A DNA stretch of 61,917 nucleotides, the filler included. It is 15 parts of 15 records of this genome, joined end to end, with 100 filler letters (N's around TTAATTAATTAA, not from the genome) between each part and the next. Parts side by side here need not be neighbours in the genome. Positions count along the whole stretch, not along the records: positions 35,601 to 41,549 come from SRR11831580_1898; positions 41,650 to 44,557 come from SRR11831580_1913; positions 44,658 to 50,628 come from SRR11831580_1924; 12 more parts are not named here. The stretch is one strand, 5' to 3'. The notes below the pieces were generated by a model. The model was not told the DNA's origin and did not search any database. It was given only the letters and a program-made list of their open reading frames with translations. The position numbers were made by a program, and so were the translations under genes. Of the stretch, positions 36,441-48,424 are shown piece after piece (within the stretch, counting starts at the first letter, position 1; every line of letters starts with the position of its first letter).

Positions 36441-36889
36441 GTGGCGATTAATTTCAGCCCTAAGGTTGGTGAAATACTGGAATGCAACTTTGGTAACTAT
36501 CCTGTTAGCCAAAATGGACCGTTCAGCACGACGTATTACGATGGCCGCATTCCTCCTGAAATGATAAAAAACAGGTTAGTTGTCGTGCTCAACGGAAAAA
36601 TTAATGGCAACGCATGCATCGTCGTTCCATTATCAACCACTCGCGACCAGACAAGTTAAAACGTGGAATGCATGTTGAAATAGCCAGTAATGTTATCAAT
36701 GACCTGCAATTCTTTGATCAGCAGATTCGTTGGGCCAAAGCCGACCTGGTACAACAAGTCAGTCGAAACAGATTAAACAGAGCAAGGACTTACAGAGGGT
36801 ATCTTAATCAATGTTTGCCACATGAGTTGGTTGCAGACATACAGAGGGCGGTCATCAAGTCAATCAATGCCATATCGCTCATAAATTGA
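36441..36889 (+). pseudogene. yifN: PemK/MazF-like endoribonuclease toxin gene, frameshifted near 36645-36650 (yifN/yifO)
   Basis: GTG after AAGGAG; PEMIKNRLVVVL and CIVVPLST PemK-type motifs in frame 1, continuing WAKADLVQQVSRNRL in a second frame; AT-rich. Confidence 0.8.
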
Positions 36890-36914
36890 CAATAAAATAA
36901 CCATCCCCGATAAT
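36886..36914 (+). promoter_or_regulatory. Near-consensus sigma70 promoter overlapping the yifN stop codon
   Basis: TTGACA (36886-36891), 17-nt spacer, GATAAT (36909-36914). Confidence 0.7.
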
Positions 36915-36920
36915 GACTTT

Positions 36921-36988
36921 GTAGCCCATAGAGGCCCTAAGTTTTCTCCCCTTGAGGGACCTGCGAAGCCCGGATTTTCCGGGCTTTT
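36921..36988 (+). ncRNA. Putative ~68-nt structured small RNA downstream of yifN
   Basis: Bounded by the promoter above and a terminator; internal bulged hairpin AGGCCCTAAG/CTTGAGGGACCT; no ATG-initiated ORF inside. Confidence 0.45.
36966..36988 (+). terminator. Intrinsic terminator
   Basis: AAGCCCGGA-TTT-TCCGGGCTT followed by T's. Confidence 0.8.
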
Positions 36989-37063
36989 GCCATATATGTA
37001 CCAGCCACTCCCTGACTGACAATTACGTTAGCATCTGCGGATCATGCTAAAATCGCCGCCTGA

Positions 37064-37369
<306 letters not shown>

Positions 37370-37373
37370 TAGC

Positions 37374-37398
37374 AAGGCCTTCTCCAGGAGAAGGCCTT
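37374..37398. terminator. Hairpin between convergent ppiC and ilvC
   Basis: AAGGCCTTCTCC-A-GGAGAAGGCCTT perfect inverted repeat. Confidence 0.65.
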
Positions 37399-37407
37399 GA
37401 GTGTTTT

Positions 37408-37442
37408 CTCCCTCTCCCTGTGGGAGAGGGTCGGGGTGAGGG
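37408..37442. repeat. BoxC-type intergenic repeat
   Basis: CCCTCTCCCTGTGGGAGAGGGTCGGGGTGAGGG. Confidence 0.7.
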
Positions 37443-37455
37443 CATCAGCGCGCAC

Positions 37456-38931
37456 TTAACCCGCAACAGCAATACGTTTCATATCTGTCATATAGCCGCG
37501 CAGTTTCTTACCTACCTGCTCAATCGCATGGCTGCGAATCGCTTCGTTCACATCACGCAGTTGCCCGTTATCTACCGCGCCTTCCGGAATAGCTTTACCC
37601 AGGTCGCCCGGTTGCAGCTCTGCCATAAACGGTTTCAGCAACGGCACACAAGCGTAAGAGAACAGATAGTTACCGTACTCAGCGGTATCAGAGATAACCA
37701 CGTTCATTTCGTACAGACGCTTACGGGCGATGGTGTTGGCAATCAGCGGCAGCTCGTGCAGTGATTCATAATATGCAGACTCTTCAATGATGCCGGAATC
37801 GACCATGGTTTCGAACGCCAGTTCAACGCCCGCTTTCACCATCGCAATCATCAGTACGCCTTTATCGAAGTACTCCTGCTCGCCGATTTTGCCTTCATAC
37901 TGCGGCGCGGTTTCAAACGCGGTTTTGCCGGTCTCTTCACGCCAGGTCAGCAGTTTCTTATCATCGTTGGCCCAGTCCGCCATCATACCGGAAGAGAATT
38001 CGCCGGAGATGATGTCGTCCATATGTTTCTGGAACAGGGGTGCCATGATCTCTTTCAGCTGTTCAGAAAGCGCATAAGCACGCAGTTTCGCCGGGTTAGA
38101 GAGACGGTCCATCATCAGGGTGATGCCGCCCTGTTTCAGTGCTTCGGTGATGGTTTCCCAACCGAACTGAATCAGTTTTTCTGCGTATGCTGGATCGGTA
38201 CCTTCTTCCACCAGCTTGTCGAAGCACAGCAGAGAGCCAGCCTGCAACATACCGCACAGGATGGTTTGCTCGCCCATCAGGTCAGATTTCACTTCCGCAA
38301 CGAAGGACGATTCCAGCACACCCGCACGGTGACCACCGGTTGCAGCCGCCCAGGCTTTGGCAATCGCCATGCCTTCGCCTTTCGGATCGTTTTCCGGGTG
38401 AACGGCAATCAGCGTCGGTACGCCGAACCCACGTTTGTACTCTTCACGCACTTCGGTGCCTGGGCATTTCGGCGCAACCATCACTACGGTGATATCTTTA
38501 CGGATCTGCTCGCCCACTTCGACGATGTTGAAACCGTGCGAGTAGCCCAGCGCCGCGCCGTCTTTCATCAGTGGCTGTACGGTGCGCACTACATCAGAGT
38601 GCTGCTTGTCCGGCGTCAGGTTAATCACCAGATCCGCCTGTGGGATCAGTTCTTCGTAAGTACCCACTTTAAAACCATTTTCGGTCGCTTTACGCCAGGA
38701 CGCGCGCTTCTCGGCAATCGCTTCTTTACGCAGAGCGTAGGAGATATCGAGACCAGAATCACGCATGTTCAGGCCCTGGTTCAGACCCTGTGCGCCACAG
38801 CCGACGATGACTACTTTTTTACCCTGAAGGTAGCTCGCGCCATCGGCGAATTCATCGCGGCCCATAAAGCGACATTTGCCCAGCTGTGCCAGCTGCTGGC
38901 GCAGATTCAGTGTATTGAAGTAGTTAGCCAT
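37456..38931 (-). CDS. ilvC: Ketol-acid reductoisomerase
   Basis: MANYFNTL..., GCGAQG; 491 aa. Confidence 0.98.
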
Positions 38932-39010
38932 GGTGATTCCTCGTGATGTTGTGCTTCTTATTGTTCGGTTCGCGTTTGCGAGATTGAATTCACTATATGA
39001 CAGGAAATTT

Positions 39011-39057
39011 ATTGCGGAAATTGATATATTCACAACGTCACATTGCAATTTTTGCAA
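39011..39057. promoter_or_regulatory. IlvY operator region in the divergent ilvC/ilvY promoters
   Basis: TTGCAATTTTTGCAA LysR-type palindrome at 39043-39057 and a degenerate second copy near 39012. Confidence 0.65.
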
Positions 39058-39080
39058 CGTCAACATCGAGGGCTGTCCCT

Positions 39081-39974
39081 GTGGATTTACGCGATCTGAA
39101 AACCTTCCTGCATCTGGCGGAAAGCCGCCATTTTGGCCGCAGCGCGCGGGCGATGCACGTTAGCCCATCCACGCTCTCACGGCAGATTCAGCGCCTGGAA
39201 GAAGATCTCGGTCAGCCGCTGTTTGTGCGCGATAACCGCACGGTGACGCTGACTGAAGCGGGCGAAGAGCTGCGCGTTTTCGCCCAGCAAACGCTGTTGC
39301 AGTATCAGCAGTTGCGCCACACCATCGATCAGCAAGGGCCGTCGCTCTCTGGCGAATTACATATCTTCTGCTCGGTGACCGCTGCCTACAGCCATCTGCC
39401 GCCGATTCTGGATCGCTTCCGCGCGGAACACCCGTCGGTGGAGATTAAACTTACTACTGGTGATGCGGCAGATGCGATGGAAAAGGTGGTCACTGGTGAA
39501 GCGGATCTGGCGATTGCGGGTAAACCGGAAACCTTGCCCGGCGCAGTGGCGTTTTCGATGCTGGAGAATCTGGCAGTAGTGCTGATTGCCCCCGCGCTGC
39601 CCTGCCCGGTGCGTAATCAGGTGTCGGTAGAGAAGCCGGACTGGTCAACGGTGCCGTTTATTATGGCCGATCAGGGGCCGGTACGCCGCCGCATTGAACT
39701 GTGGTTTCGACGCAATAAAATCAGTAACCCGATGATTTACGCCACGGTTGGCGGGCATGAAGCGATGGTATCGATGGTGGCACTCGGCTGTGGCGTGGCA
39801 TTGTTGCCGGAAGTGGTGCTGGAAAACAGCCCCGAACCGGTGCGTAACCGCGTGATGATTTTAGAGCGCAGCGATGAGAAAACGCCGTTTGAGCTGGGCG
39901 TGTGTGCGCAGAAAAAGCGGCTACATGAGCCGCTAATTGAGGCATTCTGGAAGATTTTGCCGAACCACAAATGA
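39081..39974 (+). CDS. ilvY: LysR-family regulator IlvY
   Basis: [25 protein letters not shown]; 297 aa. Confidence 0.97.
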
Positions 39975-39987
39975 CGTTGTCGCGCGG

Positions 39988-40018
39988 GTAGGCCTGATAA
40001 GCGAAGCGCTATCAGGCA
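39988..40018. repeat. REP element
   Basis: GTAG-GCCTGATAAGCGAAGCGCTATCAGGC. Confidence 0.85.
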
Positions 40019-40025
40019 TTTTTCC

Positions 40026-41549
40026 CTAACCCGCCAAAAGAACCTGAACGCCGGGTTATTGGTTTCGTCGTGGCAATCGTAGCCCAGCTCATTCAGCCGG
40101 GTTTCGAAATCCGGTTCATGGTCGCCAAGTTCGAACGCCGCCAGTACGCGCCCGTAGTCGGTGCCATGGCTGCGATAGTGGAACAAAGAAATGTTCCAGT
40201 ACGTACCCAGCGTGTTGAGGAAGCGCAGCAGCGCGCCCGGTGATTCCGGGAATTCGAAGCTGTAGAGGCGTTCCTGCAACGGATGCGATGGACGTCCGCC
40301 GACCATATAGCGCACGTGTAGCTTCGCCATTTCGTCGTCGGAGAGATCAACCACGCTGTAGCCGCCGTCGTTGAGCATCTGCAAAATTTCTTTGCGCTCT
40401 TCGAGGCCGCGGCTCAGGCGCACACCGACAAAGATGCAGGCGTTTTTGGCATCGGCAAAACGGTAGTTGAACTCGGTGACCGAACGCCCGCCAAGCAGTT
40501 GGCAGAATTTGAGGAAGCTGCCTTTTTCTTCCGGAATGGTCACCGCCAACAACGCTTCACGCTGTTCGCCCAGTTCGCAGCGTTCTGAGACGTAGCGCAG
40601 GCCGTGGAAGTTCACGTTGGCACCGGAAAGAATATGCGCCAGCCGTTCGCCGCGAATGTTGTGCAGGGCGATATATTTTTTCATTCCCGCCAGCGCCAGC
40701 GCGCCAGAGGGTTCCGCCACCGCGCGCACATCTTCGAATAAATCCTTCATCGCCGCACAGATCGCATCGCTATCGACGGTGATGATGTCGTCGAGATACT
40801 CCTGGCATAAACGGAAGGTTTCGTCACCGATGCGTTTTACCGCTACGCCTTCAGCAAATAGCCCTACGCGCGGCAGATCAACCGGATGACCCGCATTCAG
40901 CGCTGCTTTCAGGCAGGCGGAGTCTTCCGCTTCTACGGCGATCACTTTGATTTGCGGCATCAGTTGTTTGATCAGCACCGCCACGCCAGCAGCCAGACCG
41001 CCGCCGCCGACTGGCACAAATACGCGGTCGAGATGGGCGTCCTGCTGGAGCAGTTCCAGCGCCAGCGTGCCTTGCCCGGCAATCACCATCGGATGGTCGA
41101 ACGGCGGCACCCAGGTGAACCCCTGCTGCTGTGACAGTTCGATCGCTTTGGCTTTCGCTTCATCAAAGTTCGCGCCGTGGAGCAGCACTTCGCCGCCGAA
41201 GCCGCGCACCGCGTCGACTTTGATGTCGGCGGTGGCGGTTGGCATAACGATCAGGGCCTTCACGCCTAACCGCGCAGAAGAAAACGCGACGCCCTGCGCG
41301 TGGTTACCCGCAGAAGCAGTGATCACGCCGTGCGCTTTCTGTTCTTCCGTCAGGCCCGCCATCATGGCGTATGCGCCGCGCAGCTTAAAGCTGTGCACTG
41401 GCTGGCGATCTTCGCGCTTCACCAGAATGACGTTATCAAGACGCGACGACAGTTTTTCCATTTTTTGTAGCGGCGTAACCTGCGCCGCCTCGTAAACCGG
41501 CGCGCGCAGCACTGCTCTTAAATATTCGGCACCTTCCGGAGCACCGGAC
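40026..41549 (-). CDS. ilvA: Biosynthetic threonine deaminase, 5'-truncated; apparent -1 homopolymer error at the 3' end
   Basis: SFKLRGA PLP lysine, SAGNHAQG; one more base in the run at 40036-40039 gives ...FRFFLAG*. Confidence 0.96.
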
Positions 41550-41649
41550 NNNNNNNNNNNNNNNNNNNNNNNNNNNNNNNNNNNNNNNNNNNNTTAATTA
41601 ATTAANNNNNNNNNNNNNNNNNNNNNNNNNNNNNNNNNNNNNNNNNNNN

Positions 41650-42241
41650 CAGCCTGTTCACCTCGTCGGTAATGACGGTGATGGCAAAAAGTCGGGGCGT
41701 TATTAGTTGGCGAACTTGGCTGATTAACGCACTTCTGGTGGCCTGCGGTAATCTGGCAGGTATTGCCTGTTTCAGTTTGTTAATCTGGTTTTCCGGGCTG
41801 GTGATGAGTGAAAACGCGATGTGGGGAGTCGCGGTTTTACACTGCGCCGAGGGCAAAATGCATCATACATTTACTGAATCTGTCAGCCTCGGCATTATGT
41901 GCAATCTGATGGTTTGCCTGGCGCTGTGGATGAGTTATTGCGGGCGTTCGTTATGCGACAAAATCGTCGCCATGATTTTGCCCATCACCCTGTTTGTCGC
42001 CAGTGGCTTTGAGCACTGTATCGCCAATTTGTTTGTGATTCCGTTCGCCATTGCCATTCGCCATTTCGCCCCTCCCCCCTTCTGGCAGCTGGCGCACAGT
42101 AGCGCAGACAATTTTCCGGCACTGACGGTCAGCCATTTTATTACCGCCAATCTGCTCCCGGTGATGCTGGGTAATATTATCGGCGGTGCGGTGCTGGTGA
42201 GTATGTGTTATCGGGCTATTTATTTACGTCAGGAACCCTGA
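41650..42241 (+). CDS. focB: Formate/nitrite transporter FocB, 3' part
   Basis: LFTSS, GIMCNLMVCLA, GFEHCIAN, GNIIGG FNT motifs. Confidence 0.92.
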
Positions 42242-42278
42242 AAAATCAGCCCGGCGAAACAGTTCGTCGGGCTGAAGA

Positions 42279-43340
42279 TTATTCTTGCGCGATTTGCCCA
42301 TCGGGCCAGGCATGAATCACGGCTTTGATCAGCGTCGCCAACGGAATGGCGAAGAATACGCCCCAGAATCCCCACAAACCACCGAAGATCACCACCGATA
42401 AAATAATCACCAGCGGATGCAGGTTAACCGCTTCGGAGAACAACACCGGCACTAACAGGTTGCCGTCCAGCGCCTGAATAATCAGATACACCGCGAAGCA
42501 GCTCCAGAATTCAGTACCTGCGCCAAACTGGAATAGCGCCACGCCAACCACCGGAATGGTCACCACAAATGCGCCAATGTACGGAATAAGAACCGAGAAG
42601 CCGACCAGCACTGCCAGCAGCAGCGAATAGTTCAGCCCGAAGAGCAAGAACCCCAGCCAGGTGGCGATCCCCACCACGATCATCTCCAGCACTTTGCCGC
42701 GGATATAGTTGGTGATTTGTTGATTCATCTCCTTCCACACCTGTCCTGCCAGCCCACGGTTACGCGGCAGCACCCGGCGAACGGCGTTCAGCATCTGCTC
42801 TTTGTCTTTCAGCAGGAAGAAGACCATCAATGGCACCAGCACCAGATAGACGGCTATGGTCAGCAAACCGACCAGCGAGGCGAGGGAAATTTTCACCACC
42901 GAATCGCCCATGGTCAGCATCCGACTGCGCATATTTTCGGCCATTGCATCAATAATGCCCGCGTCCATTAACGCCGGATAGCGGCGCGGCAACGTGGCGG
43001 CAAAGTCAGAAAGCTTATTGAGCATCCCCGGCATATCGCGGATTAAGTAGATGCCCTGTTGCCAGGCGATAGGCAGTACCACGAACGCCATCAGTAGCAA
43101 TATACCGACGAAAACCACCAATACAATCGACGTCGCCCAGCGGCGGGAGCAGCCAATAGATTGCAGACGCACGGTTGGCCATTCCAGCAAATAGGCCAGC
43201 ACAATAGCCACCAGCAACGGAGCAAGCAGGCCACTAAAGAAAAAGATAATGCCAAATCCGGCAACTAAAATAACCAGCAAGGCAATCGCTTCCGGGTCGC
43301 TAAAACGGCGGCGATACCATTGCATCAACATTTCGAGCAT
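42279..43340 (-). CDS. perM: AI-2E family transporter PerM (YfgO)
   Basis: 353 aa; LIPYIG, Q.LDGN.L.P, LHP motifs. Confidence 0.92.
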   Translation of the reverse strand: MLEMLMQWYRRRFSDPEAIALLVILVAGFGIIFFFSGLLAPLLVAIVLAYLLEWPTVRLQSIGCSRRWATSIVLVVFVGILLLMAFVVLPIAWQQGIYLIRDMPGMLNKLSDFAATLPRRYPALMDAGIIDAMAENMRSRMLTMGDSVVKISLASLVGLLTIAVYLVLVPLMVFFLLKDKEQMLNAVRRVLPRNRGLAGQVWKEMNQQITNYIRGKVLEMIVVGIATWLGFLLFGLNYSLLLAVLVGFSVLIPYIGAFVVTIPVVGVALFQFGAGTEFWSCFAVYLIIQALDGNLLVPVLFSEAVNLHPLVIILSVVIFGGLWGFWGVFFAIPLATLIKAVIHAWPDGQIAQE

Positions 43341-43552
43341 AAAGACCTTCCCTGAACCTCAAGAGCGGGATTGCGATCCGCAATTGTATCGAAATGTCAC
43401 AAAAAAGACTTCGCTTTTTATGACGGATTCAGGAAACTGAAAAGTCATTTGAGTGGGCTAATCTTCGCCGTTACACTCAAAGGCGGCGCGGTGGGAACGA
43501 TATTTCACAGTATCGGTCAAATGACTATCTCCAGAAATACAGGATAGAGGTT

Positions 43553-44557
43553 ATGTTCAGGCAGTTGAAAAAAAACCTGGTTGCAACCCTCATTGCTGCT
43601 ATGACCATTGGTCAGGTAGCCCCGGCGTTTGCCGACAGCGCAGACACCTTGCCGGATATGGGAACCTCCGCAGGAAGCACGCTTTCCATTGGTCAGGAAA
43701 TGCAGATGGGCGACTATTATGTCCGCCAGCTACGCGGCAGCGCGCCGTTAATTAATGACCCGCTGTTAACGCAATATATTAATTCGCTGGGGATGCGTCT
43801 GGTTTCGCATGCCAATTCGGTTAAGACACCGTTTCATTTTTTTCTGATCAACAACGACGAAATTAACGCCTTTGCTTTCTTTGGCGGCAACGTGGTGCTG
43901 CACTCTGCCCTGTTCCGTTATTCCGATAACGAAAGTCAACTGGCTTCAGTTATGGCGCACGAAATCTCCCACGTCACCCAACGTCACCTGGCGCGAGCGA
44001 TGGAAGATCAGCAGCGCAGCGCGCCGCTGACCTGGGTCGGCGCGTTAGGTTCTATTTTACTGGCGATGGCCAGTCCGCAGGCGGGGATGGCGGCGCTGAC
44101 CGGTACACTGGCGGGAACGCGTCAGGGGATGATCAGTTTCACCCAGCAAAATGAACAGGAAGCGGACCGCATTGGTATTCAGGTGCTGCAACGCTCGGGA
44201 TTCGATCCGCAGGCGATGCCAACCTTCCTCGAAAAATTACTCGATCAGGCGCGTTACTCCTCGCGCCCGCCGGAAATTTTATTGACTCACCCGTTGCCGG
44301 AAAGTCGTCTGGCAGATGCCCGCAACCGTGCTAATCAGATGCGCCCGATGGTGGTGCAGTCGTCGGAAGATTTCTATCTGGCGAAAGCGCGCACACTGGG
44401 GATGTATAATTCCGGACGTAACCAGCTCACCAGTGATTTGCTGGATGAATGGGCGAAAGGAAACGTTCGTCAGCAACGAGCAGCACAATATGGTCGTGCT
44501 TTACAGGCGATGGAAGCCAATAAATACGACGAGGCGCGTAAAACGCTGCAACCGTTA
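43553..44557 (+). CDS. bepA: M48 metalloprotease/chaperone BepA, 5' part
   Basis: INAFA, HEISH zinc motif, EQEAD, THP. Confidence 0.95.
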
Positions 44558-44657
44558 NNNNNNNNNNNNNNNNNNNNNNNNNNNNNNNNNNNNNNNNNNN
44601 NTTAATTAATTAANNNNNNNNNNNNNNNNNNNNNNNNNNNNNNNNNNNNNNNNNNNN

Positions 44658-44687
44658 TTGAGGGCCAATGGAACGAAAACGTACGTT
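44658..44687 (+). repeat. Tn1000 terminal inverted repeat (tnpA side)
   Basis: TTGAGGGCCAATGGAACGAAAACGTACGTT. Confidence 0.97.
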
Positions 44688-47600
44688 AAGGAGATAATTC
44701 GTTGTTTATATTTAAATTTAGAGCTCTCAGTTCCCCTTTTAAAATATCCTCTGGCAACGTGAATGTATAATGGCCCAACATATTGATATGCCCGTGCATC
44801 AGGGGAGATAGCCGAGCGATATCTTCATCTATAATTTCTTCGCCATTACGGCGCATCCAGCTCAACGCTTCCTCCATATAGAGCGTGTTCCACAGAACCA
44901 CTGCATTAGTAACCAGGCCCAGCGCCCCCAGTTGATCTTCCTGCCCTTCACGATAACGCTTTCTGATCTCTCCGCGTTGTCCGTAACAAATCGCACGAGC
45001 CACAGCGTGGCGGCCTTCTCCTCGATTAAGCTGCGTCAGGATCCGCCGACGATAATCTTCATCATCAATATAATTGAGGAGATATAGCGTTTTGTTTACA
45101 CGCCCTACTTCCATAATTGCCTGTGCCAGTCCTGATGGGCGCGAGCTTTTCAGTAAAGAGCGAATGAGTTCTGACGCATGAATTGTACCCAACTTCAGCG
45201 AACCAGCGGTTCGCATCATCTCATCCCACTGACTCTCCGCTTTTGACAGATCTGCATATCCTCGGGCCAACTTATCCAGTACTCCGTAGTTTGCCGATTT
45301 ATTCACCCGCCAGAACACCGCCTCACCTGCATCGGCAAGCCGGGGGGAAAACTGATACCCCAGTAGCCAGAACAGACCGAAAATAATATCGCTGCTACCC
45401 GCAGTGTCTGTCATGATTTCAACTGGATTCAGCCCTGTCTGCTGCTCAAGAAGTCCTTCCAGTACAAAAATCGAATCCCGTAATGTACCGGGTACCACAA
45501 TGCCATGGAACCCAGAGTACTGATCAGATACGAAGTTATACCAGGTGATGCCTCGTCCAGAACCAAAATATTTTCTGTTAGATCCTGAGTTGATGGTCTT
45601 CACTGGTGTGACAAAGCGCATGCCGTCAGCTGATGCCACTTCTCCACCTCCCCAACGACCAGCAAGCTCCAGTGTGGACTGAAAATCAACCAGGCGGGCA
45701 TTGGCGCTGACCAGCGTTTCTGCACGAAGGTAATTCTGTTTCACCCAACTGAGCCGATGGCGGGTCAGTGCTGGTATATTGTGCTTTATCAGCGGTTCCA
45801 GTCCGATATTACAGGCTTCAGCCATCAATACCGCACATAAACTGATGTGCAAATCTTGCGCTCGAGCACCAGATTCACTGACATGCGCAAACTCATGTGT
45901 AAATCCTGTCTGGGCATCTATCTCAAGTAACAGTTCCGTTAAATCTACCGGTGGGAGTAGCTGTTTGATCCGATTATTTAGACGAAGCAATGATGGTGGC
46001 TCTTCCTGTTTCTCCAGACAACTGATAGTCAGGGATGGATATTTACCTTCATTACAGATATGAACTTCCGCATTCTTTTCAAATCGTGATGCCACGGCTT
46101 TCCAGGTCTCATCCAGCTGAATAGCCAGTTGTTGCACACCTTTACGTCCATCGACAGGATGTCCCAGTGCCCGACAGACAGGAATACGCTGAGTCTGCCA
46201 CTCTTCACCTTGCAACAACTTCTCGCGAGGATCTCCCCAGCGATCACTGTTTTCAAGCCAGATGTCCCGGCGGCGCAGTGCATCCTGAAGGCGTTCCAGC
46301 AAACATAGTGAATAACCTGCACGCTGTATCCGTCCCTCCGCATCGTATACGAGGCGTTTCCAGGGACCGGTGATAATATGTTCAGGCGCATCATCAAGGA
46401 TGCGCTTTTTCGAACCATTCAGTTCTGCCAGATAATGAATCGCAGCCAGTACATGTTCACCTGCCGGTGCCGCACGGAAATGCAGGTCCCGCAACACCGC
46501 CGGAAGAAAACGTTTAACCCGACCGTACTGCTCAACCATTTCGTCATGGAAATTATTGTTCTGTGGACGAGCAAGTTCATTAACCTTGCTTACAGATTCT
46601 GCCAGTCTGTTTTTGGGTACGCACTTGAAGATAACCTGCCTGAGATCTGGGACATCTGTATTATCATCCAGCAACAATGCACATGCCCGCGCCAGTAACA
46701 ATGCGGCCTGATCAAGATCTTTCAGTGTCCTGAGTCGTTTTTTTTGCCCGGTTTTCTTTGCTTCGCGGATAATGTCCAGAATTAGCATATCAAGCACATC
46801 AACGGCATCGTCTAATGCCGTTATTTCCTGTGCTTTAACGAATGCAGTAAGTACAGCAAGCTTTCTCTGCTGTGGCATTCGAGCGATATATTTTACCGAC
46901 GCCATGCCAGCATAACGAGCCAGATTACGCAGTTGAATGGCAGGCAGACCGGAAAAGTTCAGTCGGGAAAACTCAAGACTTCGTAATCGGATATATCGTT
47001 CCAGCGCTTCATTAAACGCAGGTCCACTGACTGTAACAGGGCCTTTTTTCAACTGTTCCAGTGCTGATACACGCTGACCTTCCGGAATGACCAGAAGCTC
47101 CATCACTTGAGCTGCCTGCCATTTGTTCGGCAGTGCGGCCAGCTTTTTCCACAGCCGCTGATTTGCCCTTTCACGAATTTCACTGATGAGACGTACTAGT
47201 GTGGTTGCTCCGGGCAGTAATACCTTATTTTGAAGCAACCATGCAGTGGCAAAATCAAACATCAGACCCGGTCGCTCATTACTGAGCCACGCCCGGGTAT
47301 ATAGCAGACGCTTCAGGCGGAAAGACCATGGAAAATCACCAAATTCATGATAGCCGTAATATTCCTTAATTAATGCAGTATGTTCTCTAAGGGTAGTGTC
47401 CCGTTCAGCATAGCGGGAGAGAACTTCTGGACGGTGGATATTAAGCTGTACCGCGACAAAATGTTGAACACCAGGCAGAACCTGAGTTAAATCCGTCAGA
47501 AATGTTCCCAGAAAACGGGCTGTGGTGAGCTGAAGCGCAATGCCCAGCCTATTATGTTTGCCCCGTCGTTGGTTAATGAAGGCCAGATCCCGTTCATCAA

Positions 47601-47694
47601 GATGAAAATAGCGCGCCAGTTGCACGTCATTAGGTTCTGCAGCATAACAACCGTAATTCTGTTTTTGGTCAGAGGTTAGAAAGTCGACAGGCAT
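44686..47694 (-). CDS. tnpA: Tn3-family transposase of Tn1000
   Basis: 1002 aa; ASADG, MTDTAG, LNRGE DDE motifs; stop overlaps the IR. Confidence 0.97.
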   Translation of the reverse strand: MPVDFLTSDQKQNYGCYAAEPNDVQLARYFHLDERDLAFINQRRGKHNRLGIALQLTTARFLGTFLTDLTQVLPGVQHFVAVQLNIHRPEVLSRYAERDTTLREHTALIKEYYGYHEFGDFPWSFRLKRLLYTRAWLSNERPGLMFDFATAWLLQNKVLLPGATTLVRLISEIRERANQRLWKKLAALPNKWQAAQVMELLVIPEGQRVSALEQLKKGPVTVSGPAFNEALERYIRLRSLEFSRLNFSGLPAIQLRNLARYAGMASVKYIARMPQQRKLAVLTAFVKAQEITALDDAVDVLDMLILDIIREAKKTGQKKRLRTLKDLDQAALLLARACALLLDDNTDVPDLRQVIFKCVPKNRLAESVSKVNELARPQNNNFHDEMVEQYGRVKRFLPAVLRDLHFRAAPAGEHVLAAIHYLAELNGSKKRILDDAPEHIITGPWKRLVYDAEGRIQRAGYSLCLLERLQDALRRRDIWLENSDRWGDPREKLLQGEEWQTQRIPVCRALGHPVDGRKGVQQLAIQLDETWKAVASRFEKNAEVHICNEGKYPSLTISCLEKQEEPPSLLRLNNRIKQLLPPVDLTELLLEIDAQTGFTHEFAHVSESGARAQDLHISLCAVLMAEACNIGLEPLIKHNIPALTRHRLSWVKQNYLRAETLVSANARLVDFQSTLELAGRWGGGEVASADGMRFVTPVKTINSGSNRKYFGSGRGITWYNFVSDQYSGFHGIVVPGTLRDSIFVLEGLLEQQTGLNPVEIMTDTAGSSDIIFGLFWLLGYQFSPRLADAGEAVFWRVNKSANYGVLDKLARGYADLSKAESQWDEMMRTAGSLKLGTIHASELIRSLLKSSRPSGLAQAIMEVGRVNKTLYLLNYIDDEDYRRRILTQLNRGEGRHAVARAICYGQRGEIRKRYREGQEDQLGALGLVTNAVVLWNTLYMEEALSWMRRNGEEIIDEDIARLSPLMHGHINMLGHYTFTLPEDILKGELRALNLNINNELSP

Positions 47695-47738
47695 ATCAGG
47701 CTCCCTACCTGACAGTTATTCATTAACAATTTTGCAAC

Positions 47739-48409
<671 letters not shown>

Positions 48410-48424
48410 CATAAAAGGTTGAAT

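Noticed and set aside
39737-40039. 591-aa IlvA with a C-terminal extension overlapping ilvY antisense
   Set aside because: One missing base in the run at 40036-40039 explains it; restoring it gives the normal ...FFLAG stop at 40026.
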